A stretch of 35,701 bases of DNA, taken from an uncultured archaeon (GTDB lineage: Archaea; Asgardarchaeota; Heimdallarchaeia; Heimdallarchaeales; Kariarchaeaceae). This document shows, piece after piece, positions 1 through 8,594 of this stretch (position 1 is its first letter; every line of letters starts with the position of its first letter). The notes below the pieces were generated by a model. That model was given only the letters and a program-made list of their open reading frames with translations. It had not been told where the DNA came from and did not search any database. The stretch covers positions 7,114 to 42,814 of the forward strand of contig CAZYCQ010000026.1 of the NCBI GenBank assembly GCA_964645535.1, read 5' to 3'. A program made the translations under genes and the position numbers.

Positions 1-108
1 ATTTTGATCCATATTAGTACGATTCCGTCTATTTTATGGGCATAAAATATGCTTTTTTCGTAAAATATTGTGACGATTTTGTGATTTTCATTTTTTTTCC
101 AAGAACAA

Positions 109-115
109 TTTAAAA
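109..115 (+). promoter_or_regulatory. Putative archaeal TATA box (TTTAAAA) for the hydrolase gene
   Basis: TTTAAAA lies 23-29 nt upstream of the ATG at 138 and is preceded by purine-rich AAGAACAA (BRE-like). Confidence 0.5.
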
Positions 116-137
116 CTGCACAATAAACACTTCGATC

Positions 138-1724
138 ATGCTTCAAAAAGCAAACAAGAAAGCATTTGCTATAATGGCTTTACTTACTGTTTCTTTGGCT
201 TTAGCTACGTCAATCCAAGCGGTTGAACCACCTAAGGTGGTCATGATACCCGGGTGGCACGGAGACGGCAGCATTTTCAAAAAGATGATTCCCGTTTTAG
301 AAAGTCAAGGATTAACTGTTGTAGACTTTGATGATTCAACACCCGGAACACAGGCAATCTCTCATGATGCTTCAGTACCTCCTGGAAATCTGGACATTCC
401 CGCCTTGGCAGATCAAGTCGAGGAAATGATCAAAGCCAAGGTTCCTGCTGGAGAACACATCAATATCGTTGCACATTCCATGGGTGGACTCATTGCAAGA
501 TATATGATTGAAAAAGGTCCCTCCGATCCAAATATCGATGATGACTGGGCAGCAAGGGTTGACACCCTGATCATGCTTGGAACACCCAATCATGGAACTT
601 GGGAGGCCTATATCGGACAGTTATCTCCACTGTTCGGGGATTGGGCAGCTTCTGCGGCACAAATGGTACCAGGAAGTTCTTTCCTTGATTCCCTAGGGTA
701 CAGTGAACCGGCAGGAGAACATTACATTACGGTGGGAGGAGACCCATGGTATCTTCCCGGTTTTGACGGAGTGGTTCCTGCTGATTCACCTCAGTTGGCT
801 GGTGCTGAGCATTATGTCATTGCAGGGCATCATGGTGAATTGGCTACACTGCCGAATGCCATTGACTTGGTTCTTGAAGAACTTGGATATGTTCCTCAAG
901 GAATAGGAGAATCTCTTCCATTGGTGGGTGCCGCATTTGTCAGGTTGGAATATTTCAAAATGGCAGGTGACCATGAATGGGGAACAGAAGAGTATTATTT
1001 GGATGTCTATGTGGATAAGGACGGAGGAAATGACAACTATGAATATATCAATACCCTCAGGTATGACAATGACGGTCCATTCGTATGGAACCCGGGCAAT
1101 TCCGGACCCAATACGGCAACATTCCTGCTTCCTGGAACCTCTCCAAGGATGGATGTGAAAATCGTCTTGAAAGAGGACAATGACTTGATCAATACGTTTT
1201 ATTTCAGGGATTTGATGTACTCCGAAGATGTAGACGGTGTGGATTATTACAGTGATACTGCACCTGATCCAAATGGAGGAACCAATGAATTGAGAATTTC
1301 ATTAAATGGCATGACTTCCGATATCAGTCAAACAGTCGATGTCAAGGTTGTTCTGGATCAAGTTCGGGTTGACTATGATGGTGATGATTTCTCAAAAGGT
1401 GAAAACTACTTTGTCACAGCAGTTGGCAAGACAGGTATGGAGATTCGTTACAGTCAATGGGCAACATGGAGTGGTGAAGATGTATATTACATCTACAACA
1501 CTTACATGCCGGGTAGCTCCTATGATGCAGTCATTTATCAGGGACGAATGGTCAAAACAGATCAATTGCATGTACATCTTGAATTATGGGACGATGATGG
1601 GGGTTGGTCAAGCAATGATCGATTGACCACCTATGATGCATATTTCACCGCCCAAAATGCGGCAGGTTCGTATGGGTATGATTCAGGGGCAGCCTATTGG
1701 TGGTATACGATAACAGTAACCTGA
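138..1724 (+). CDS. Secreted alpha/beta-hydrolase (lipase/esterase) with acidic, beta-rich C-terminal domains (C2-like?)
   Basis: N-terminal signal peptide (KKAFAIMALLTVSLALATSIQA), oxyanion motif PGWHG, nucleophile elbow AHSMGG, LGTPNHGT, catalytic Asp (FDGVV) and His (GHHGEL). The C-terminal ~260 aa are rich in Asp and Tyr. Confidence 0.88.
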   Translation: MLQKANKKAFAIMALLTVSLALATSIQAVEPPKVVMIPGWHGDGSIFKKMIPVLESQGLTVVDFDDSTPGTQAISHDASVPPGNLDIPALADQVEEMIKAKVPAGEHINIVAHSMGGLIARYMIEKGPSDPNIDDDWAARVDTLIMLGTPNHGTWEAYIGQLSPLFGDWAASAAQMVPGSSFLDSLGYSEPAGEHYITVGGDPWYLPGFDGVVPADSPQLAGAEHYVIAGHHGELATLPNAIDLVLEELGYVPQGIGESLPLVGAAFVRLEYFKMAGDHEWGTEEYYLDVYVDKDGGNDNYEYINTLRYDNDGPFVWNPGNSGPNTATFLLPGTSPRMDVKIVLKEDNDLINTFYFRDLMYSEDVDGVDYYSDTAPDPNGGTNELRISLNGMTSDISQTVDVKVVLDQVRVDYDGDDFSKGENYFVTAVGKTGMEIRYSQWATWSGEDVYYIYNTYMPGSSYDAVIYQGRMVKTDQLHVHLELWDDDGGWSSNDRLTTYDAYFTAQNAAGSYGYDSGAAYWWYTITVT

Positions 1725-1779
1725 CATTCGCTTTCATCTAATCCCAAAAACAAATTAACTTCGAATAAACTCAAACATA

Positions 1780-2730
1780 ATGGATGATGATATTGCAAAC
1801 GCATGGAAGAGGATTAGTGAGAAAATCCCTCCAACACCTTTGATTAGATCAGAATGGCTTTCCAAGCTCTCTGATGCAGATGTCTATCTGAAGCTTGAAT
1901 GCCTCAATCTTGGTCATTCCTTCAAGATAAGGGGGGCACTTAATTCCATTCTTTCACTTGATCCCCTCCCAAATAAGGTCATAACGGCAAGTGGAGGAAA
2001 CCATGGTTTAGGGGTCGCCATTGCTGCAAAACTGTTGGGGATCAAAGCAAGGATTTACCTCCCTGTTGGCACTTCAGGATACAGGATAAATATTCTCGAA
2101 CGTGAAGGAGCAGAAGTTGAAATTTTTGGTAAATCATACGATGATGCCCATCAGCATGCATTAGAGATTGCGAATCGGAAAGGGATACCATATATCCATG
2201 CATTTTCACAACGAGAAGTCTATTTGGGGCAGGGAACCTTGGTTCAAGAAATCAAAAAGCAGATAGGAGATGTTGATGCCATCATGGCATCTGTTGGAGG
2301 AGGAGGGCTACTTTCCGGAATTATTCTGACTGCAAAGGCATTGAGAATGAACACAAAATTTTACAGTGTGGAGACTAAAGGGGCAGATTGCTTTTATAGA
2401 AGTTATAAGACAGGCATGCTTCTTGAGTTGCCAGAAATTACTTCGATTGCAAAGACCTTGGGTGCAAGAAAAACCACAGAAGAAATTTTTGAGATTTTGA
2501 ATTCAGGTGTTGAGGATGCATGGGTTGTCTCGGATCAAGAAGCTGTTCAAGGATTATTTGAATTCCTTGAGGAAGAAAAGATCATATTGGAACCTGCTGC
2601 ATCCTGCCTGATACCAGCCTTCAAGAAGCATGCGCAGATGTTTTCCGGAAAAAAGGTGGTTCTTGTAATCTGTGGTTCAAACGTCACTATTGAGCAAGCA
2701 CTGGAATGGAAGAAACAGTTTTTGGAATAA
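1780..2730 (+). CDS. PLP-dependent threonine/serine dehydratase (catabolic type, no regulatory domain)
   Basis: TPLIRS...YLKLECLNLGHSFKIRGA (PLP lysine), TASGGNHG, VGGGGLLSG, EPAAS, ICGSN. Confidence 0.93.
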   Translation: MDDDIANAWKRISEKIPPTPLIRSEWLSKLSDADVYLKLECLNLGHSFKIRGALNSILSLDPLPNKVITASGGNHGLGVAIAAKLLGIKARIYLPVGTSGYRINILEREGAEVEIFGKSYDDAHQHALEIANRKGIPYIHAFSQREVYLGQGTLVQEIKKQIGDVDAIMASVGGGGLLSGIILTAKALRMNTKFYSVETKGADCFYRSYKTGMLLELPEITSIAKTLGARKTTEEIFEILNSGVEDAWVVSDQEAVQGLFEFLEEEKIILEPAASCLIPAFKKHAQMFSGKKVVLVICGSNVTIEQALEWKKQFLE

Positions 2731-2734
2731 AAGG

Positions 2735-3682
2735 TTACTTTTCAACTTCAAGCGCATAGAGGACATCATCAGCATATTCGAGAACCAATTGAAGGATGTC
2801 ACCTTCCTTCATAAAGACCACTATATCATTCCAAGTCCTTGGTTTGATCTTCTGCTGCTTGAACACAACCAATGCATCGAATTCATTGTCCAAGTCTTGG
2901 AGTTTTCCTTTTGCTGAGAAAACTGTGTAGTTGTCTTCAACATATTCTTTGAGCTGATTCACTTGGAAAAAGAACGGTTTGGAAAAGTCCAGTTTGGAAA
3001 AGTCAACTGTCTCATCTTTTTTGGGGGAGACTTCTTTTTTGGCGGTGGTTTTTGTTGATTTTTTGGCAGACTTTGCTTTGGTAGTCTGCTTCGTCTTACT
3101 TTCTGCAATTGGAGTTGGCTTGGCAACTGTTTTGCCTGTTTTTTCCTTGAGCTTGACACGTTCTCTCAATTCAGCTTCCTGCTTTTCAAGTTCAGCTTTG
3201 GTCAATTCATCTTCATATCCCACTTGAGTGAGCAATCGTGCTCTTTCAGCAATTTGTGCAGGAATGCCGGTTTCCTCATCAACTTCCATTCCAGAGAGGG
3301 AGCTTTTGATGTATTTCTGTTGGGCTGTTTTCCAAAGGTCTCCGATATTTGGATCTGAAAGTTCTTCCAGAGGATATTCGACACGGATGGTATATTTTCC
3401 GGGGATTCTGAATCCGGAACGGGTGATGCTATCTGCCTGTCTTCTTGCGGTTCTCTGACCGACAATGCCCATATGCGATCCAAAAACCAAGAACCACCGT
3501 TGACCGTTTTCATCGAGAACAAGTAGACCATCTATCTGTTCTCTTTGTAAGGCATCTTCGATTTCCGGAACCGTAGGTAGTTTTACAATTCGGGAAAGAA
3601 CTTCTTTCCGTTCGTCTTGGACATATTCATACTTTCTTTCTTCATGTGAGTAAACAAAAAATTCCATGGTTTTCTCTGACAT
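2735..3682 (-). CDS. Hypothetical protein: N-terminal gelsolin-like domain, Lys/Thr-rich linker, unknown C-terminal domain
   Basis: 315-aa ORF with its own TATA box. DGLLVLDENGQRWFLVFGSHMGIVGQRTARRQADSITRSG resembles the gelsolin-repeat core; this domain call is inference. Confidence 0.75.
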   Translation of the reverse strand: MSEKTMEFFVYSHEERKYEYVQDERKEVLSRIVKLPTVPEIEDALQREQIDGLLVLDENGQRWFLVFGSHMGIVGQRTARRQADSITRSGFRIPGKYTIRVEYPLEELSDPNIGDLWKTAQQKYIKSSLSGMEVDEETGIPAQIAERARLLTQVGYEDELTKAELEKQEAELRERVKLKEKTGKTVAKPTPIAESKTKQTTKAKSAKKSTKTTAKKEVSPKKDETVDFSKLDFSKPFFFQVNQLKEYVEDNYTVFSAKGKLQDLDNEFDALVVFKQQKIKPRTWNDIVVFMKEGDILQLVLEYADDVLYALEVEK

Positions 3683-3704
3683 TCAATTCATTTAGGGTAC
3701 TTTC

Positions 3705-3711
3705 TTATAAA
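3705..3711 (-). promoter_or_regulatory. Putative TATA box (TTTATAA) for the 315-aa gene
   Basis: The minus strand reads AAAATCTTTATAAG, with the TATA 23-29 nt upstream of the ATG at 3682. Confidence 0.55.
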
Positions 3712-3742
3712 GATTTTATGGACAACCGGTTAGAAAATTCAT

Positions 3743-4912
3743 TCAAATCATGGGTTTTCCATTTATGAAAATTTGACGACACATGTTCCGATCAAATTGT
3801 GTAATGAAATCTTCAGGAGTATCGCCTCTCAAAAGGATAAGGTTTGCCTCAGCTCCAGGTTCCAAGGGAGATAGCCTTTCTCCAGTCAAACCGAGATACG
3901 ATCCACTCGTTGCCGCCTTCATGGCAAGGTTGGGATCCATACGATAAAGATATACTGCAAGCCTGATTGCAGTCTGCATTGAATATACCAGATTATTTGG
4001 ATTGAAGTCCGTGCCCAATCCAATATTGAGGGATTCAATCCTTTTCCATCCCTTGGGTCTATCAGATGAAAACAATCCTATGGGTGCGGCTGGCATGAAC
4101 ATGGCAGTTGTGCCCGATTTGGCAAGTACCTGAAAATCCTCTTCAGTTGCCTGTAAAAGATGATCGGCAGAGAGGGCATTGAATTCAGTTGCAGCAATCT
4201 TTCCTATCCCTGTATATTCAAGTTCATCTGCATGGACTTTAACAGGAATATTTTCATCGATAGATGCTTTAAGGATTTTTCTTGTTTCATCAACCGTAAA
4301 GGCGCCCCTATCACAGAAAACATCTGTGGCGGTTGCCAATCCCTTTATATCTAGAAGTGTGGCTATTACCTCTTCTACATAGTCAGATCGTTTTTTCTCT
4401 TTTGGAAGGGCATGTGCACCACAATAGGTGGGGATAATTCTGACAGGATGGATTTCATCTGCCTTTTTGAGAAGGCGCAGAAGACGCAATTCCTGTTCTG
4501 CATCCAACCCGTATCCACTTTTGGCTTCCACAATTCCGGTTCCATGCTTCATCATCACATCGAGTCTTTCAAGAACGAGTTGAAGAAGTTCCTCATCAGA
4601 AGCTTCTCTTGTATTCTGGACTGTGGTAAGAATTCCACCTCCTTTTTCAAGAATTTCCGCATAGGATGCACCACCGACCTTCAATGGTAGTTCAAAAGAC
4701 CTATTTCCAGCAAAAATGAGATGTGTATGTCCATCCACAAACGGTAATGAGGCAATGCATCCCTGTCCGTCAATTCCTTCTTTTGATATCTCAATGGATT
4801 TCTGCGGGAGGATTTCCTTGATTTTTCCCCCTTCCATTATTATCTTGACTAGTCCTTTCCTGAAAGTTGTTCCGTCGAAATAGCCAGATAAATTAACAAT
4901 CTCGGTTTCCAC
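3743..4912 (-). CDS. hutI: Imidazolonepropionase
   Basis: DGHTHLIFAGNRSFE, YAEILEKGGGILTTVQNTR, EAKSGYGLD, GAHALP, DVFCDRGAF, KVHADEL, SADHL, GTDFNP. GTG start. Confidence 0.95.
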   Translation of the reverse strand: METEIVNLSGYFDGTTFRKGLVKIIMEGGKIKEILPQKSIEISKEGIDGQGCIASLPFVDGHTHLIFAGNRSFELPLKVGGASYAEILEKGGGILTTVQNTREASDEELLQLVLERLDVMMKHGTGIVEAKSGYGLDAEQELRLLRLLKKADEIHPVRIIPTYCGAHALPKEKKRSDYVEEVIATLLDIKGLATATDVFCDRGAFTVDETRKILKASIDENIPVKVHADELEYTGIGKIAATEFNALSADHLLQATEEDFQVLAKSGTTAMFMPAAPIGLFSSDRPKGWKRIESLNIGLGTDFNPNNLVYSMQTAIRLAVYLYRMDPNLAMKAATSGSYLGLTGERLSPLEPGAEANLILLRGDTPEDFITQFDRNMCRQIFINGKPMI

Positions 4913-4950
4913 AATTTTTAATTAATAGCTGTTTTTTATGCTTTATTACC

Positions 4951-5853
4951 TTATGCCAAGATTTTCCTTCTACGCAAGACAACTGCAATCGCGAGGAATC
5001 CAAATCCTACAAAGACGGCAGGCATGCTGAATGGAGTTGTGGTTTCATTGGTGTCTGTTGATCCACCGGTTGCAAACCAGTTGTTGAAAATCTCATCATA
5101 TTTTCCATCAGCAAACATGGCATCAAGGATTTCATTAATTTTGTTGAGAAGATTTGTGTCTTCTTTCCTGACACCAATGCCGAATTGTTCAACAGATCCG
5201 AATGTGGCGACAACCTCACCCTGAACCTCTCCAGTTCGGGCGGCATAGGCAACAACCGGGAAATCACCAAGAATCACATCGATTTCACCAAGGTCAAGTT
5301 TTTGGTAGAGAAGGTTGAAGTCCTGCAATCGGACAATGTTCTCTTCCTTCTGCTTTCCGGTGATGTAATCATCACTGGTTGTACCTCTCTGCACACCAAT
5401 TATCACATCATCTCTGGTAAGATCATTTTCATCATGGATGTTCTTGGGATTGCCGCTTGCCACAAGAATTGCCTGTGAGGAATTGTAGTAAGGCTTGGAG
5501 AAAGAAATTTCCTGTGACCTCTCTTCGGTAATTGTCATTGCAGAGATGATCACATCGTATTCCCCACTCTGAAGTGAAGGAATGATCGATTCCCACTTCA
5601 CGGTTTTGATCTCGACATCGACACCCATCCGTGATGCAATTTCCTTGGCAATATCGACATCAAAGCCAATTGGTAATTTGCTGGTCTCATTAATGAATTC
5701 GAAGGGAGGATAGGTGGTATCAGATCCAACCAATAACTTCCCTCGATCCAATACATCTTGAAGATCAGCCGCAACAGGTACACTGCTGTAGCTCATCATC
5801 ATCACTGTAATGATGAGAAAGATTGGAAGAACAAGTTTGTTTTTCATTTTCAA
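4951..5853 (-). CDS. Polar/basic amino-acid ABC transporter substrate-binding protein, C-terminally membrane anchored
   Basis: Signal peptide, GSDTTYPPFEF, GFDVDIA, SAMTITEERS, FSKPYY, GVQRGTT, DGKYDEIFNNWF. A Thr-rich linker leads to a TM helix and RRRK tail. Confidence 0.95.
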   Translation of the reverse strand: MKMKNKLVLPIFLIITVMMMSYSSVPVAADLQDVLDRGKLLVGSDTTYPPFEFINETSKLPIGFDVDIAKEIASRMGVDVEIKTVKWESIIPSLQSGEYDVIISAMTITEERSQEISFSKPYYNSSQAILVASGNPKNIHDENDLTRDDVIIGVQRGTTSDDYITGKQKEENIVRLQDFNLLYQKLDLGEIDVILGDFPVVAYAARTGEVQGEVVATFGSVEQFGIGVRKEDTNLLNKINEILDAMFADGKYDEIFNNWFATGGSTDTNETTTPFSMPAVFVGFGFLAIAVVLRRRKILA

Positions 5854-5933
5854 TTCACCGCTTCTTCAGAAGCAATTTTCATTTGGATTAAATCAATTAA
5901 ATCTTTCTTTTTCCTAATTTCCTTTTCACTAAT

Positions 5934-6692
5934 TTACAAAATGCGATTGAGGAATTGTCTAGTCCGTTCATGTTGTGGGTTCTCCAAAATTTGCTGAGGA
6001 GGGCCTTCTTCGAGGATTATTCCTTCATGAACAAAAACGACCCTGTCAGCTGCTTCTTTTGCAAATCCCATTTCATGCGTGACAACCATCATCGTCATAT
6101 GCTGTTTTGCCAGCCGTTGCATAATTTCAATTACTCCTCCCACCAATTCCGGATCCAACGCAGACGTAGGTTCATCAAACAGCATCAACTTTGGGTTCAT
6201 GGCAAGGGCTCGTGCAATTCCCACCCGTTGGGCTTGGCCTCCAGACAATTCTGCGGGATATGAAGCAGCCTTGTCCTCAAGATCTACCATTTTCAGGGTT
6301 TCATAAGCTATTCTTTCAGCCTCTTCCTGAGGTAGTCCCTTTACCTTGGTCAAACCCAAAGTTATGTTCTGAAGTACTGGAAGATGAGTGAAAAGGTTGA
6401 AGTTCTGGAATACCATTCCTATTTGCTGGCGAAGATGGTTGATATTGTATTGAGGATCAAGAATGTTCCTGCCTTCAAAAAGAATTGTTCCACTAGTCGG
6501 TTCAACAAGCCTGTTAACGCATCGCAGCAGGGTTGATTTCCCAGATCCCGAGGCACCGATAATAACCACGACCTCGCCTTTATGCACATCAAGGTTGATA
6601 TCAACCAGTGCAGGATCATCGTGTTCCCTGTATCGTTTGTGAAGATTACGTATCTGCAAAAGAGGTTGATAATCCATCTCATTCATCTCCAT
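5934..6692 (-). CDS. Polar amino-acid ABC transporter ATP-binding protein (GlnQ family)
   Basis: Walker [11 protein letters not shown]-loop [37 protein letters not shown]. The start is trimmed from 6788 to the ATG cluster at 6692/6686/6677, at the permease stop. Confidence 0.95.
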   Translation of the reverse strand: MEMNEMDYQPLLQIRNLHKRYREHDDPALVDINLDVHKGEVVVIIGASGSGKSTLLRCVNRLVEPTSGTILFEGRNILDPQYNINHLRQQIGMVFQNFNLFTHLPVLQNITLGLTKVKGLPQEEAERIAYETLKMVDLEDKAASYPAELSGGQAQRVGIARALAMNPKLMLFDEPTSALDPELVGGVIEIMQRLAKQHMTMMVVTHEMGFAKEAADRVVFVHEGIILEEGPPQQILENPQHERTRQFLNRIL

Positions 6693-7398
6693 GGATACCA
6701 AGACCGGGAATCCTGAACTTTCTTTCCAGATGCTGGAGGGTTCTAGAGAGTGTAAAGGTAAGGGAAAAATACAGGAGACCAACGGCAAACCAAGTATCCA
6801 ATGTCCTGAATGTCAATGAAGACAATATTCCTGCGACGTAGGTTAAATCCTGAACGGCAACCACGCTGACAAGACTGCTGTTCAGGATCAGGTTGATGAA
6901 TTCATTGGCCAAGGGAGGTGTTATGACACGATATGCTTGGGGTAGGATAACATGACGCATGGCTTGAGGATAGGTCAGGCCTATTGCTCGAGCAGCTTCC
7001 ATCTGTCCTTTTGGAATGCTTGCTATTCCCGCCCTTATGATTTCTGCCTGATATGCACCAGTATTCAAACTCAAGACTATTACTACATCCCAGAATGAAC
7101 TTGGATTGGACCATGTATTCAGTTGAGGAGTTACCCCAAATACTTCTCTGATAAAGATCGGGTAAGCAAAACTCATGAAGAGAATCTGCACAAGAAGAGG
7201 AGTTGATCGGAATATCTCGATATACACCACTCCTGGAAATCGAAGAATGGGATTCCGAGATAATTTCATCAATGCACCCACCAATCCCAAGATGAGCCCA
7301 AAACTCATTGCCAACAGACAGACTTGAATGGTGATTCTTAACCCATCAAGTAACCAGTCATAATACCTGAACAGGAAACCGATGACATCAATTGCCAT
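6679..7398 (-). CDS. Polar amino-acid ABC transporter permease (HisM/GlnP family)
   Basis: [14 protein letters not shown] and the EAA loop [27 protein letters not shown], plus ILPQA. Confidence 0.95.
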   Translation of the reverse strand: MAIDVIGFLFRYYDWLLDGLRITIQVCLLAMSFGLILGLVGALMKLSRNPILRFPGVVYIEIFRSTPLLVQILFMSFAYPIFIREVFGVTPQLNTWSNPSSFWDVVIVLSLNTGAYQAEIIRAGIASIPKGQMEAARAIGLTYPQAMRHVILPQAYRVITPPLANEFINLILNSSLVSVVAVQDLTYVAGILSSLTFRTLDTWFAVGLLYFSLTFTLSRTLQHLERKFRIPGLGIHGDE

Positions 7399-7460
7399 GA
7401 TTGTGCCTATGATTTAGGGTTTTTCATTGTTTTCCGCAAAAATGGGATATGAGACCAATT

Positions 7461-7892
7461 TTAATATCCAAATAGGATACCGCCATAAACTAGAATTCCT
7501 AAAATGAATGCAATGACCCAAATATACAGAGCAAATATCATTATTTTCCTTTGAAGAGCAAGGTTTCCAATTTCCCATTTTCTTCGAAATATCAGGAAAT
7601 AGACTGCGAGATAGATCGACACCAAGATTGCAATGAAACCGAATAGAGCATGCAACATGAGAACAATTTTTCCAAAAGAACCTAAAGGACTTTCTGGGTC
7701 TTCTCTAAGGAAGAAAACATTGGGGATCATCCAAAATGCAACAATCACGAATTGGATAAAGATGGCTGGGTAGATGAGACGATGATGCAAGTCAATGTCC
7801 AATAATCTCCCGTAATAGCTTCCCAAACCGATTACAATGACAAGTACGATTTCAATTAGCAAAACCAAGGAAGAAAAAAGTGGAAATCCCAT
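7461..7892 (-). CDS. Four-TM membrane protein, DUF420/cytochrome-b-like
   Basis: Four hydrophobic segments with His motifs (LHHRLI, LMLHALFG) and W...F.LGI.VY. Its ATG overlaps the upstream stop (TAATG). Confidence 0.75.
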   Translation of the reverse strand: MGFPLFSSLVLLIEIVLVIVIGLGSYYGRLLDIDLHHRLIYPAIFIQFVIVAFWMIPNVFFLREDPESPLGSFGKIVLMLHALFGFIAILVSIYLAVYFLIFRRKWEIGNLALQRKIMIFALYIWVIAFILGILVYGGILFGY

Positions 7893-8593
7893 TAAGTCTG
7901 ACTCTCCTTGAGGTTTATATTTGTGATGCTCCCCCTATATGTAAAAGTAGTTTCTAATCGGGAAGTATTAATTTGGAAATGGTTAAAGGCTATTGCAGTA
8001 GCAATCATACCCCAAGGACAAAATCTAGTTTTTCCATCCCGATAGGCTACAGAATCATGAATGGCTGCAAAAATGCAATGATTTGATGAGAATTGGATTT
8101 GACCCTGTTTTTCCTTTACCTTTCCAGCCTTGATGAATTTATTTTTCTTAAGAAAATCTAGATAGACATCTAATTTCTCCTGAAGTGATAATCCTTGGGA
8201 CGCGAAAATTTCTGGAAGATAGGATACTAAATAATCACCAATCTTAGAAAGGACATATTTCTTTACCGCCCCCTCTCCGAGAATTTCCAAAAAAGCATTT
8301 TCAAAGCCGAAAATGATGGCTCGTAATTTCCATACGTCTTCATAGGTTATGGTTTCTGTATCATCGAAGATGGCTTTTTCAAGGAAATCTTTGAAATCCA
8401 AAAGAAACAAAGTCGCTTCATCTGTAGTCAAACCCATTTCAGGAAGAAAAGCATCTATGTAATATTTCATTCTAGGTACAATTTGTTCTTCAATAACATT
8501 TTCGCCGATCAGTTCTGTTCCTACGTCAAGGTATGCTTCGAAAATTGCATAATATAGTTGAACAGCTTCTTTTGGTGCATTTTCCACATTCAA
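7892..8593 (-). CDS. Hypothetical protein with an internal helical repeat and a C-terminal V4R/methanogen-output-domain-like Cys motif
   Basis: FSSNHCIFAAIH...RFCPWGMIATAIA follows the CxF...CPx pattern of V4R/MetOD1 domains. Residues 15-53 and 91-129 are repeats. Confidence 0.7.
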   Translation of the reverse strand: MNVENAPKEAVQLYYAIFEAYLDVGTELIGENVIEEQIVPRMKYYIDAFLPEMGLTTDEATLFLLDFKDFLEKAIFDDTETITYEDVWKLRAIIFGFENAFLEILGEGAVKKYVLSKIGDYLVSYLPEIFASQGLSLQEKLDVYLDFLKKNKFIKAGKVKEKQGQIQFSSNHCIFAAIHDSVAYRDGKTRFCPWGMIATAIAFNHFQINTSRLETTFTYRGSITNINLKESQT

Positions 8594-8594
8594 T

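Noticed and set aside
6693-6788. N-terminal extension of the ABC ATPase ORF
   Set aside because: It overlaps the permease coding region by about 100 nt. Homology starts at [12 protein letters not shown], and ATGs sit at the permease stop.
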